Assembly (NCBI GenBank): GCA_904063045.1
Contig: CAJFCJ010000022.1
Coordinates: 496,001 to 560,000 of the forward strand
DNA: 64,000 bases
Direction: 5' to 3'
Source: Dimorphilus gyrociliatus
Taxonomy: Eukaryota; Animalia; Annelida
Shown: piece after piece, positions 12,183 to 24,400 of the stretch
Layout of the letters: each line of letters starts with the position of its first letter
How positions within the stretch are numbered: position 1 is the first letter of the stretch
Position numbers and translations under genes: made by a program
The notes under the pieces: model-generated
What the model was told of the DNA's origin: nothing
Seen by the model: the letters and a program-made list of their open reading frames with translations, nothing else
The model's database searches: none

Positions 12183-13817
12183 ATGGATTTGAAAGTAACA
12201 AAAGTGGTTGGTATTTTAATTTATGACCTCAATAATTAATAATTGAGTAAAAATACATATTTTTGTATAGTTTATTTATTGGGCGATAATACTATTATTA
12301 TTAGAAAATGATTTACTAAGGGGATATACATCGGTCTATCCTTCTGAAGTAAGCGAAAGGTTTGTAATTGTATAAAATGTACAATGAAAAACTTGATGTA
12401 TTTATTCCGCGTTTTATTTAAGTTAAAACTTTAGAGCTTTTCTAATTCTATTAAAAAATTATATTAAAGTAAATTTATTGAGATAGAAACGGCTGTGTTC
12501 TCTTTTAAACATTTCTTACAAATTTCATTTGGTTTGGAAATAATAGAAAAAATAGAAATTGCTTAGAATACAATTTTGAGAAGATGAGTAATTAATTGTA
12601 TTACTATTATTTGTTAATGTTTGAATCCGTGAACAAAAGTATTCTAGTGATTGACTCTTTAATAAATTACATATCTATATTCGAGTACAAATGATAGTTT
12701 TGTTGTTGTTGTTGTTGTTGTTATTGTTAATGATGGATAAAGAGTTTATTGAGTGCAAAAAAATAGAAATTTGAATGTATGGGTATGCGTGCATGTGGGT
12801 TGAATGAATGTATGAATGCAAGTATGTCGATGTATGTATGTACGTAGATACGTACGCTGTAGTTTAAAATAGTGTATGAATGAATAATAAAGAGTAAATA
12901 AGTGAATGAGGTTAATTTATAAGACCAATATCCTTCCTTCTCCCTTTTACTATTAGAATTGATAAACAAGGTAGCAATAAAAGAATAATGAAGATAATAA
13001 TTGATATATGAAAAGAACATCTATTTTTGGTTAGTTACCAATGGGATTAGTTAAATTATAATAGAGAAATATATCTATTAAAGTATAAATAAACCATAAT
13101 TAGCATACAATAGACATAAATATATATATTTATATATATACTGTATATAAGCATACAGTACAGTAATACTTTTGAAAGAATTTTATTATTATTAACGTTA
13201 TTATTATACTATTTACATTTATAATTATTACTATAATTATAATTATAGAAGTAATTCGCCTGCTATCGCACATTTCTCACATTCGTCATGCTGCAGGGAT
13301 ATTTCTAAATGTTGCAGTATAAGAGCTCTAGTAAGTATTATTTTGGGAAAAGTCCTGTATATAAATTAGAATTGATTGATGGATAAAAGTTTCTATATAT
13401 ACTAATTTATTAGTATAGCATATTCAATGTTAAAATTCAAAAAGGCTGACGCAGTGTTGGATGATAAATAAATGTTGTTTTACATTCTAGGAATCGGCCA
13501 AGAAACTTTGCTGTACTCCGAAAATCTACAATACGTGCTGTAACCGATTCAATTCAGTTTGTAAACTTATTTTATTTGTTTATTTGATTGAAACGAGGGA
13601 ATTTTCGATTTTTCTCCTATAGGAAAATCACAGCAATATTTGCTGTAAGCTTATTAGAAGAGAGAAAAAAAAGAATTCTTCCAATTACAAAATTTTCCTC
13701 AGAAGTCTCGATAGAATTGAAAAAAATCCTCCCACATCAGATGGTATCTGCTCTAATATTTGTATTTTATATATTCATAGACTTTCTGCTAATATATGCG
13801 TTGAAGACAATTGTTAA
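12183..13817 (+). CDS. Uncharacterised small Cys-doublet protein (about 141 aa, 5 exons; not in ORF track)
   Basis: Exons 12183-12210, 12305-12359, 13249-13330, 13491-13556, 13623-13817 join in frame via GT-AG introns. ATG is in an AxxATGG context. Five in-frame Cys-Cys doublets fall in three separate exons. The 3' exon structure and two donor choices are ambiguous. Confidence 0.62.
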
Positions 13818-14198
13818 TAAGACAACTTGTACTCGAAATGAAAGAAACAAACAAACAAAATGAATTTATGATAAACAAATACAAATTTATAGAAAAGTAA
13901 TATTTTCACTTATTGCCTAATCGTTTCCGTTCCACATCATTTAAGATTATATTATCAATTATAAATGACTACAGTCCCTTTTCTCTCTCAAGAGATTTCT
14001 CCCGCCTCTTTTTGTTAAGCTGTCGTAATATTTCTCTTTAGCAGTTAAAGAGGTTAAAGTTTAATTCGTTAAGTCGTAAAATATAAAATAACATACACAC
14101 AAACCCTACAAACACGAATAGAGAGATATGTATAAATAAAAATGTAGAATATATACTGTATATATGTACAATCTACTGAACATGTCGGATATACTATA

Positions 14199-14201
<3 letters not shown>

Positions 14202-14235
<34 letters not shown>
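14202..14235. repeat. (TA)17 microsatellite
   Basis: Direct reading. Confidence 0.95.
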
Positions 14236-14239
<4 letters not shown>

Positions 14240-17107
14240 TACAGCAGATCTATGTATAATACTGTTTACAATAAGAAATTAATGGTAATGAATCTGTACA
14301 AGATATACAACAAAACCCTCTTCAAACATTTCTTCAATATTAGATATTATATGTATATATTATCAATTCTTAATTTAATGTAATAAGTAACACAAATGCG
14401 TATTATGTAATTGAGATTAGAACAATGTGATTTAGACATATAGATAAGGATAAAGAGGGGGAAAGAGAGAGAGAGGGAGAGAGAGGGAAAGGGAGGGAGA
14501 CAGAGAATGAAAGTCAGGAATAAAGAAAAAAAATTTAAGAACCCGTAAACCAGATGTTTTCTTTTTTTCTATAATAAATTCAATGTGTATAATTAACAAG
14601 AAACGGAACATTATTTTGTTGTTGTTATTGTTTTTATTAAAAAAATACGCATTAGGAAAAGAGAGAGAGAGAGAGAGAAGAGAAATCAAAAATTAAAATG
14701 CATACATACACGCACTTACACATACACACTGTTAATTAGGAAATAAATTAAATACAAAGCGTAATAGATCGCCGGAATAAAACCTAACAAACCTATTTAT
14801 AATTCATCTCTATCTATAAAGAGCAATTGTTTAATAAAGTTTGTCAAATAGATTTAAAAAACAATGAAAAGAAAAGATAAAAAACTGAAAAAAAGAGATT
14901 TACCTGACAAACTACAAACAAGAAGAAATTTTGAACAGCAGTTATTATACTTACAAAGATATCAGAGTTTACTTTTCAATGAACTCTGTGTGTTTTCTTT
15001 TTTCTAGTTGTATATTGCTAGTTTCCAAATGTAAAAAATTATTTATACTGTCTGCTTATTTTAGCCTCTAGATAAGATATATCAACGGCAGATGCGTAGG
15101 GGGCGCTTAAGTCTAATAAAAATTCATAATTTCGTCTCTAAATATCAAATATATAATACACGGAATAAATTAATTATCATAATAATAAAGGGCAATACAA
15201 TATAAATATATATAATAAATATATTGCATATACAGTAGTCGCTATATTGGTGTATAGTACACATCAAATATATACAGTATATATCTATATATATATATAT
15301 ACATATATGTAAACGGCAGCTCCACTACAAATGCATTATGATGTGTAGTTTATCAACTTGAATATACAGTATAATTGGATATTTTATATACTCTGGATAA
15401 AAGTTGAAACGTCACGATAAAGAAAACAATCTGTACGTTTCAATCTTATGTGTTTAAGTATTGTTGTCCTATATAATTCAAAATTGAGAAATAATAATTA
15501 ACAATACATCACATTTGTTCAAACAGACATGTAATGTAAACAAGTGGGGTTTTTTTTTCCAATAATAAGTAAGATTGATTCTTTTTCTTCTATCTTTTTC
15601 AACCCTTTACTGAGTTTATGTAATCACAAATCTTTGTATAAATCAATTATTGTCAGAAAAAAAAGACTCTTTAATTAAACAGATGTATAAGCTTTCTTTA
15701 TCATATGAAATCCTTTAAGTATTCTCTTGAATGTTAAACTCTTTCATTAATGCTCTAATATGTCCACTGAATTGCAAAATGATGACAAATATTAACTTTT
15801 GAAAGGTCAGTCAACCATTGATCTACTAGCCGGCATTATAAGGTGGTCGAAAGACAAAGCAGAAAAGAAGAGGAGGAGGAGGAAGAAGAGAGTGAGACAA
15901 TCTTTGTGAAATGAAACGAAAAAAGATAGGAGATAGCTCGGTAATAATAATAGTAATGCTAGAATGAAGAAGATAAAAAGATACTCGAGTATATAAGATT
16001 AATCTCTTGTTATGTTTTGAAATGGGATATGTCTAATATATATATCTACATATATAAGTTTATACCGAATATAAGAAGTTTTTCGTTAACATAATCACTA
16101 GAAAGACCACTTACTATTCATTTGCTGAAGTAGGTCAGGATTTAATAAATTACAACATACATTTAAACCGTATAAACAATTAATAGAATAAGAATCTAAA
16201 TATCACAAAATGCAAAATAAAGGAAAAAGAGAAAAATGACAAAAGCCTATAGTTTAAATATTCATTCGTTACCTCTATAAATTGTTCTTGCTATTCCTTC
16301 TAACGACCTTTTACCGTCTGAATGTCTCTTTCTATAAGAGTATAATACTCTTATAATATATGTTTATGAATATTTGACTTTTTTTCCGTCTTTTCTCCTC
16401 TATCTTTGCTCTCTTCTTTTTATATTTCCTTCTCTACTTCGTTTCAACCATGCAGTATGTATTAATACTTTATATATATATATAGAGAGAGAGAGATAGA
16501 TAGATACATACATACATACATATATGTGAGAACTTTACACTATTCACTATGAAACAATAATTACCAATTGTTTAAAATGAAACAATATGGTTTGAAAACC
16601 AATATATGCGTATATTGTTATATCCATTGGTTTGTCCAATATATTGTTATACTATAAATTAGTATTTTGTAAATATTTTCACACAAGCAAAACTGAAAGA
16701 ATTAAAAAGTGAAAAAAGTTTACTATCTGTTAAAAAATTCCCTATTTCTTCTCTAAATTACACTTTTTCTACATTTATACTATACAAAGAAATATACGAT
16801 TATGTTATACTACCACTCGTAAATCAGATATTCATCTATTCAGCTATTTACTCAATAGATTATTAAACGGTGAGGTAGACAATGTTTTTATCATTTAACT
16901 ACTTTATTATTACTAATTTATAATAGATAAAGAAATATTTTATTACGATCAACCGGAAGTAATTGTGAATGGAAACAACTTCCCCATAAATACAAAAAAA
17001 AAATAGCTGAATAAAAATTTACAACTGTGACGTGGAAAGGAAAAACGTTTCCATGGCGATGATAGCGTAAATGATAAACGCATCCCAAAGCAGTAAAGAT
17101 AAATGGT

Positions 17108-17108
<1 letters not shown>

Positions 17109-17138
<30 letters not shown>
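17109..17138. repeat. (AG)15 microsatellite
   Basis: Direct reading. Confidence 0.95.
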
Positions 17139-17141
<3 letters not shown>

Positions 17142-18488
17142 AAGAGAGTGAAAAGTAGCAAAAAAGTAAAAAGAAAAGCAAAGGCGACTTCTTAAAAGTA
17201 GTAAATGGATTAAGATATTAAACTATAGTTTTTGGGAAAGTCTCCTTCTCAATAGAATAAAAACAAGAAATTTGATATAAATTCTATAGAATAAAAATAT
17301 ATCTCGTTAACAAAACTTTCAACAAACTTCTCTTGGCTATTGTTTGTTTGTTTTTACAACATTGCCGACTATGTCAATATTAAAGGAATTAAAAGGAAAT
17401 TGCTCTTCACTCTTCCCCTCATGATCTAACTAAACTAACCTATATTCCAGCTTTTCTCTTGTTCTTAGTGGAATACTAAATTTATTTCACTGCTTTAACT
17501 TATTAATTGCTGTGATGTTTTTAGCTTTCTTCTATTATCTGCCCACGACCACTTCTCCCTTCTGTCTTTCTTTCATTCCTCAAAGAAATGCTGTATAACT
17601 CTTCAGTGCAATTTTTCAATTATTAACTTTTCCTTTATTACCGTTAAATGTATGCTAATAATTCATAAAGTATATATTTTTGGCCTATTCCCTTACAACT
17701 TATTCCTAGAAAAGGTAATGAGATTAATTTTTGCATTTCCGATTAAATACTCAAGTAGATGGCGTTAGTGTTTAGTCTTATGTAAGTTTGTTCGTGGAAT
17801 CTTATTATAAGAAATTTATTTATAGTAAAGAAAGGGTTTGATCGAGGGAGGGAGGGATGGATGGATGGATGGAAAGAAGGAGGAAGAGCGATAGAGGAGA
17901 GGTAGGAGGACTGAGCCAGAGACAGAGAGAGAGAGAGAGAGCGAAGAGGGAATAACTAAGGGGGGTTTGATTTAATTTGTTTCTAGGCGTTGATAAATTG
18001 TCAGAAATTATTAGCGCTCCTTTAGCATTAAGGTGAAAGATACGATTGGTAGATTGTGTTAGTTTGGTAAAAATCGGACAAATAATTCTAAACGATGATA
18101 AAAATAGGAAAATCTACTAGCAATTGAATAATCTTCTTAAACTTCACAGAAAAAAGTTTGCATGCTATAGAAAAAATTGATTATTCTCTTTTCCTATTTT
18201 AATGGAGAAATACACAAATAAGGGAGAATTATGAAGAGAAAGAGAGAGAGAGAGAGAGAAAAACATAAACACAAAAATGCGCTTGTTTTGAATAAGAATA
18301 AATAATAAGGAACGATTACTTCTTCTTAAATGGTTTTTAGTATGATAAAATTGAATGTATTAAATTATTTTATCCGATCTACGGTTGACTAATTAATCAC
18401 TACTTCAAGCTATAAAAAATATTACAAAAAATGTCTCTAATATTCTTTCTTTCGTCTCAAATTAATCTAATTTTAATTATTATCCGAA

Positions 18489-21400
18489 TCAAGGACCCAT
18501 AGCTTTGACAATATCAGCTTCATCCAAAATCTCTTGGGCAGTGTAACGATTTAGTTCGTCGTAGTTTGGGTCGAGTGTAAACCACATAGCAACGGCACAC
18601 CGACGTCCTTTCGTTACAGGTAAGACGCCGTGATAATGACCAGCATTAAAGCCGACAAGTCTTCCACACTGCGGTTCAAGTAAGGCTTGCGTGGTAAAAT
18701 TTTGATTAGCGAACAAAAATTTGCCTCCTTCGAAATCGCCATTGAGATACAAGATGGCGCTGTATGAAAAAAAATATACATTTTAGAAACAATGAGACAA
18801 CTGTTTACAATAAAGAGGTGTGTAGACTAGAGAATTTGTATCATGTACAGTATATACAGTATATATATATACTAATATAATATATATATATCTATATCTA
18901 TATATAGTACACAACATACTCTTATATAGTATAATTGTATAAAATTAGTAAATGGTAAAATTCGTTTTATAAAGGATGCCAAGTAGGAAATGTGCTGACC
19001 AATCAACCGATAAATATATCCTTTATTAACTTATAACGCCGAGTATTATTTAGTTAGAGTTTTCAAGCACAGGAGGAATTATTTGCAAAAATCACGCATG
19101 CGTATTCAAAAGAAGCTGATCCGTCAACTGATCAAAGAAATTTGAGCGGTAGCTTTTATGAACTGTTCACGCTTCTACATTGAGAACTCTATCGCTTCCG
19201 AAAACCACTTCGCGCAATAATCAGATTACACTCAAGACGGAAAAACCCTACCTATAATCCCTTTGAACGTAAGCCGGCCTTGTTCTAATACAAGTCTTAT
19301 CTTTCTGCATAACGCAATTATCGGCGTGTATAGGGTGACTTAAATCTTGGCGGTTATTTTGTGCACCTGGATAGTATTAGATAATAATCATTTTCATTCA
19401 AAAGAAAAAGATGTTATGTCTAAACAATTCCAACCTTCAATAGCCTCTCTACAAACCAAATGCGTATAATCAAAATAAATTTGTTTCTTTCCGTTTGTAA
19501 AGTAACTTTCAGCTATTTGTCGGCTTCTTTCACTCTTTCGAAGGTAAGTTGTAACCGCCTCCTTCAACGCCTTTTTCTCTTTCACCAACTGTTTAAGTAA
19601 AACAAAAAAAAAAAATACTTGTATATATCAATGAAATTATTATAACTCAAATAAATGACATTTCAAGAGCAGATAGACAATTTTTCAAATGCAATTAATT
19701 TGCCTCGCGGGAGCATCAACTCCAGTATAAAACCATAAAAACAAGAAAACTAATCTCATCCCATATTCTTGTTGCTAAGCAACAAATGTTTTTGTAACTA
19801 GAAACAAAAACAGATTAGCCAAAGAGGAAGAAGAATTTTACAGATAAAATATGATTAAGAGAGGAAAATATTCTAAAATTTTTACATTATTACTATTTGT
19901 TATTATTGTTATTGCCATAGTTTAATTTTACTTTCTTTCCCTTTCCCTCTCTATCTGTCTGTCTGTCTCTCTCTCTCTCTCTCGCTCTCTCCCTCCCTCC
20001 CTCCCTTTTTCCTTTCACCTTCCCAAATCTATTAGTAAAGTAAACATTTTAGAGACATTGTACAATTGGGGGTTTATCCCGCTATTATTAATTGTTTTGG
20101 GCCCAGAAATCCGATATGGGAAGAAGGGATAAGGGAAAAAAAGGGGTCATAATTAAAAAAAAAATACATTAAGCTTATAGTAATCTTGACGTTGATCATA
20201 CTTACGCAATTAAGGTTGCTATTTTGTTTATATCTTTTTTTTGGCCTCTTTTTTATGTTTTTTATTGTCAACAGTTTGGGCGAAGATTAAAGATCTATTC
20301 TATTGAAGGTTGTAATGTTATATTAGTAGAGGAATAGGAGGAGAAACGTTGAAATGTTGATAAATAGAAGACAGTTTGAAATTTCTCAACATAAAATGAA
20401 AATAAAATATTAAACAAGTTAGAATGTTAGTTTCTTTATAAAGAAAGTATAAACCAGTTCGTTAGATCAAAGTAGAAACATAATTAACTCACTTCCGCCG
20501 CCCTTTTAGGGGTCATTCCAGCGAAAAATTCACTATTTGTATGTGGAGATGTTCGCGACTCCATTCCTGGATAACCGTCACCAACGAGCGAGCCGGTCTA
20601 AAAGAAACGCCATACAATAAGGTCTATTGTTCAATTTGTATAAGAAATATACGAAAAATCTTACGTCTGCTAAATCAATTAAAAGTTTACAAGTATCTTC
20701 ATCTAGCACATTATCAACAACGAATCTATCGGTTCCGTTCAAGTCGTCTTCCCTCTTAAATACTTCCAAGTGGTCTTCTTGAACAATTTTCAAGAAATTT
20801 TCCTTCTCCTCCATATTCTCCATTTTCCGAACGGAATTAAATAGCGAAAGAGAGTTTTGAATTGTTTGATGTATTGAACGGCGATTGAAAGAAAATTCCA
20901 TTTTGATAAAGTACCTATTGCTATTTTGAATAGGGGATACTCTGTGACCTAATTTTTGAACTATCATTCGTCCGCAATTAGGCTTAACAAGACCTTCAAC
21001 TTCGCTTTCCGATTCGAGGAACAGTGAAGCTCTACAAAGTAAAAAATCAATCTAATCAATTCTTGTACTTATTCATTGAATTTCACTATATATAGATATA
21101 TTGGAAATTGATATTGGCTAATATCCACTACACGAATAAAAGAAAAGATAGAGGAAAGATTAGGGTTAAGAAGAAATAAAGAATGGTTCTGGTTAGGGTT
21201 GAAATGTTCAATTAGGTCAATTTAATTCAATAAAATTGGTCTTTTGGGTAAAATGGAATTGACTTTTAACCATAAAAAAAAAGGTTTAGGTCAGGAAAGG
21301 AAGTATCTTATTAAATGGAATAGACTAAAAGCTAAACGTACGTGATATCGGGAGAATCTGCACAACTGCTTTCAGGCGAATCGCAATATTCCAGATCTGG

Positions 21401-24400
21401 AAAGAGAAAATTACACATTTTCTTTTTTTGTTGCAGTTCAACCAAAAAAATTAATTAAATAGGAAAACGAATGATATAATAGAGGGGAAGACCTTTAGAA
21501 TTCTTCGTAGTTAATTCTATTAATGAATAATATATTTTCCCATCAAGATAAAAATATAAATCAGTAAACTTTCTAGCTTTTTCAACCACTTCCAAGTACT
21601 TTTCGACACGAAGAATGTCCAATTTTTTATCCCGAAGCGCCATCTGTCGTCAAAATTTCAAGTTATTTTTTTACGTATAATTACTATCATTATAACAGTT
21701 ACCTGCACAGCATCGCCCACGGTTAAAACTTCCTTCTTGTAATCTTTATGCTCGCTCTTTTCAGCTACACTGCTATACGCCTATAAATATACCCAGAGAA
21801 GATCGAAAAATCGTTAGGAAACAATAGAAAACTATATACTGTAGCAAGTTCCGTAAGTGCATTACACTCTTCTTCATTTAGAAGACCGTCTACTACAATA
21901 TGATTTTCGCCTTTAAGCTCGTTGCCATTGGCGTAAATCGAGAGTCCGTGCCGTTTATTAAATGATGAAACTATTTCTTCTTCGCTCCTTTTCTTAAGAG
22001 TCTAAAAGCAAAAAAGCATCCCTTTTATTAACAGCGTCAGCGAGGATCTATAGTATTGAAGTTAGATTTTCCTTTACCCTTTATTATTATTATTATTGTT
22101 ATTATTATATTTATTATTATATTTATATATCGTTTGCCTACTGTAGCTATAACCTTAATAGAAAATAAATTACCTGAGCTTCGATTTCTTTCAAGTGGAA
22201 AACTTGAGCTGCCTCTTCGTTGTCTCTTCTTGTCGTTTCGACATAGGCCTGCAAAGTAACAGTTTTTTTGCAATTTTTTTTTTGTTTTTTTGCTTTTTTT
22301 TACTTTGCACTCGACATGTAACAAAGCAAATAGAAACCGTTTAAGGAATTGGAAAAGAGAGGAACACTTTTAGCATTTCGATGCAACTTGTAAAAAAAAC
22401 GGGTAATTATCACTGGAAAAATTCAGACAAAAGCCTGACACGTGTCAATTAAACAAACTCGGTCACTCTCACCAAACAATTATCACTTAATCAGTAACAA
22501 TTATCGGCTTATGCCTGTAATCTTTCATCATTTGGGTACATTTTATTTTCTAAGGTAAGAGAATTCTGTGTACTATATTGGTTTGTCTCCCTCTGCCCCA
22601 CTCTCTCACTCTTATCTATGTTTTTTCCTTACGAAAACTGTTAATCTTCAATTAAGCATATACGCAAATAAATTTTAGTACCTTTCGAGGAGATAGATCT
22701 TCTTGACCTAGGATCTGAAGATAGTATTTCAAATTAGACTTCTGCCTCTTGTCATCAGCCGTAAAGAGGAGATAAGTCAAGCTACATTCCGCCGCTTCCT
22801 TTATCTTTTTGACTATAAAAAAAAGAAAAGAAAACGAAATAAAAGAAGAAATAAGAGAATAATAAGCAGGTTGAACTTCAAAAAGCGAAATCTAATTAGG
22901 ATAATGCCTTTTTCTTTCAGTCTCTCTTTGAAATTTTTACTAAGCCAGATGTAACGCTGCTTTAAAAAAACAATCTTTTTGAAAATTATGCCCGACAGGG
23001 CGTTGATATTTTTATCTGCTTATCGGAATGTGACTGACGATATGCCAAGGTAAAGGGGTTGAATTTTTTTTGTTATGTGCTACTTTCCCTCTTGCTTCTT
23101 TCTTGTCTGTAGACTCTTTCTTCAACTTCAAAAATGATAAGGTTGAGAAAACACTTTTTCGTTGAAGGAGAATGCTTTTGGGTGCAGGTTTCTTTGAGAT
23201 GAGAGAAAGAAATCACTCAGTAAGCCTCTCTTCTACCTCCTTTAGTTCCGTCCTTAGGAACGTATCACTATGGCTAATAATGAGCTTTAGACGAAAAGTA
23301 AAGTACTCTAGAGGGGCTTATTCGCCAATACTAGGAATACTAAAAATAAATATCGAATAACAAGACTCAAGGGAAGAGTATTTAAATTCCATCCAGCGGC
23401 GTGCGACAGAACAGCTGTATTTAAAAACAGCCTACACCTGGACCAATCGAGACAAGAAATTTATCAAATTTTCAACGTTATCGTGAAAATCCCACGAGTA
23501 AATGGGTCGCCGACCCGAAAATGTGCGAGTAAGCGTGCGGAATCCTTAAAGAATGCCTTAACTAGGAGGAAAACATCTGCGCCGATTATTATATAAATAC
23601 TAACCTTTATAATAAGCAAATTGTAAGTAATCGAATAAATCTCTGACGAAATTCTCTATAAAATATCCTTTGATTGTTTGTACTTTCCGTTTGCAATCGA
23701 CCTTACATTTGATATTCTCAATTAGGCCTCCTGAAGTAAAAAGAAATATACTAAGTAAGTAAGTAAGTTAGTCAGTCAGTCAATGAATAAGCAAATAATG
23801 ACTATGTGATAAACATAAAAGTTTCCCACTTTCCTCTTTTCTCCCTCATTATTTTCATACAAACTCCATAAAGATCAAATGAACGAAGAGAAAAGAATAA
23901 AGAGAAAGAAAACATACGAGCTTTAAAGACGATAAACATATGCTTTTATAAAATACAAACTTGTTATATTTGCTGAATTTTATCATTTACATAATTCTTG
24001 ATGATTATTAACAAAGAAAGTTTAAATAGCTTTCATTTGTCCGACACTTCAGCGTAAAAACTACATTAATCATAGGAAGATAGTACGTGACCAGCTCATA
24101 AACGCACTCTAGGCCTAAAAATGTTTCCAAAACGATCGCTTCTGAATGAATTAGATTGGGCGGGAAAAACGACTGTATTTAGTTGTGCCAGGGCAGAGAG
24201 ATTATAGATTCTATCGAATAAACTTTCTAATAATCTTATGCAATGAGTCTTAAAACTCGTAGGCCTGGAATTGGATCCTAAAGGCAAACAAATAATCAGC
24301 ATCCTTCCTGGCTTTTAAACGGAACAGCATATCTCCCATTGCTTTTATATTTCTAATGTGTAAAGTCAACCTGAGTCGATTCTACAGGCATATTTCTCTT

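Noticed and set aside
16872-16893. let-7-like seed TGAGGTAG
   Set aside because: Nothing after the seed matches let-7 and there is no hairpin.
21160-21300. Scattered TTAGGG/GGTTAG words in P3H intron 10
   Set aside because: Isolated hexamers, not a tandem telomeric array.
24096-24302. ORF inside P3H intron 3 as a possible extra exon
   Set aside because: Exons 3 and 4 already join in frame and match the leprecan pattern; the ORF has no family similarity.
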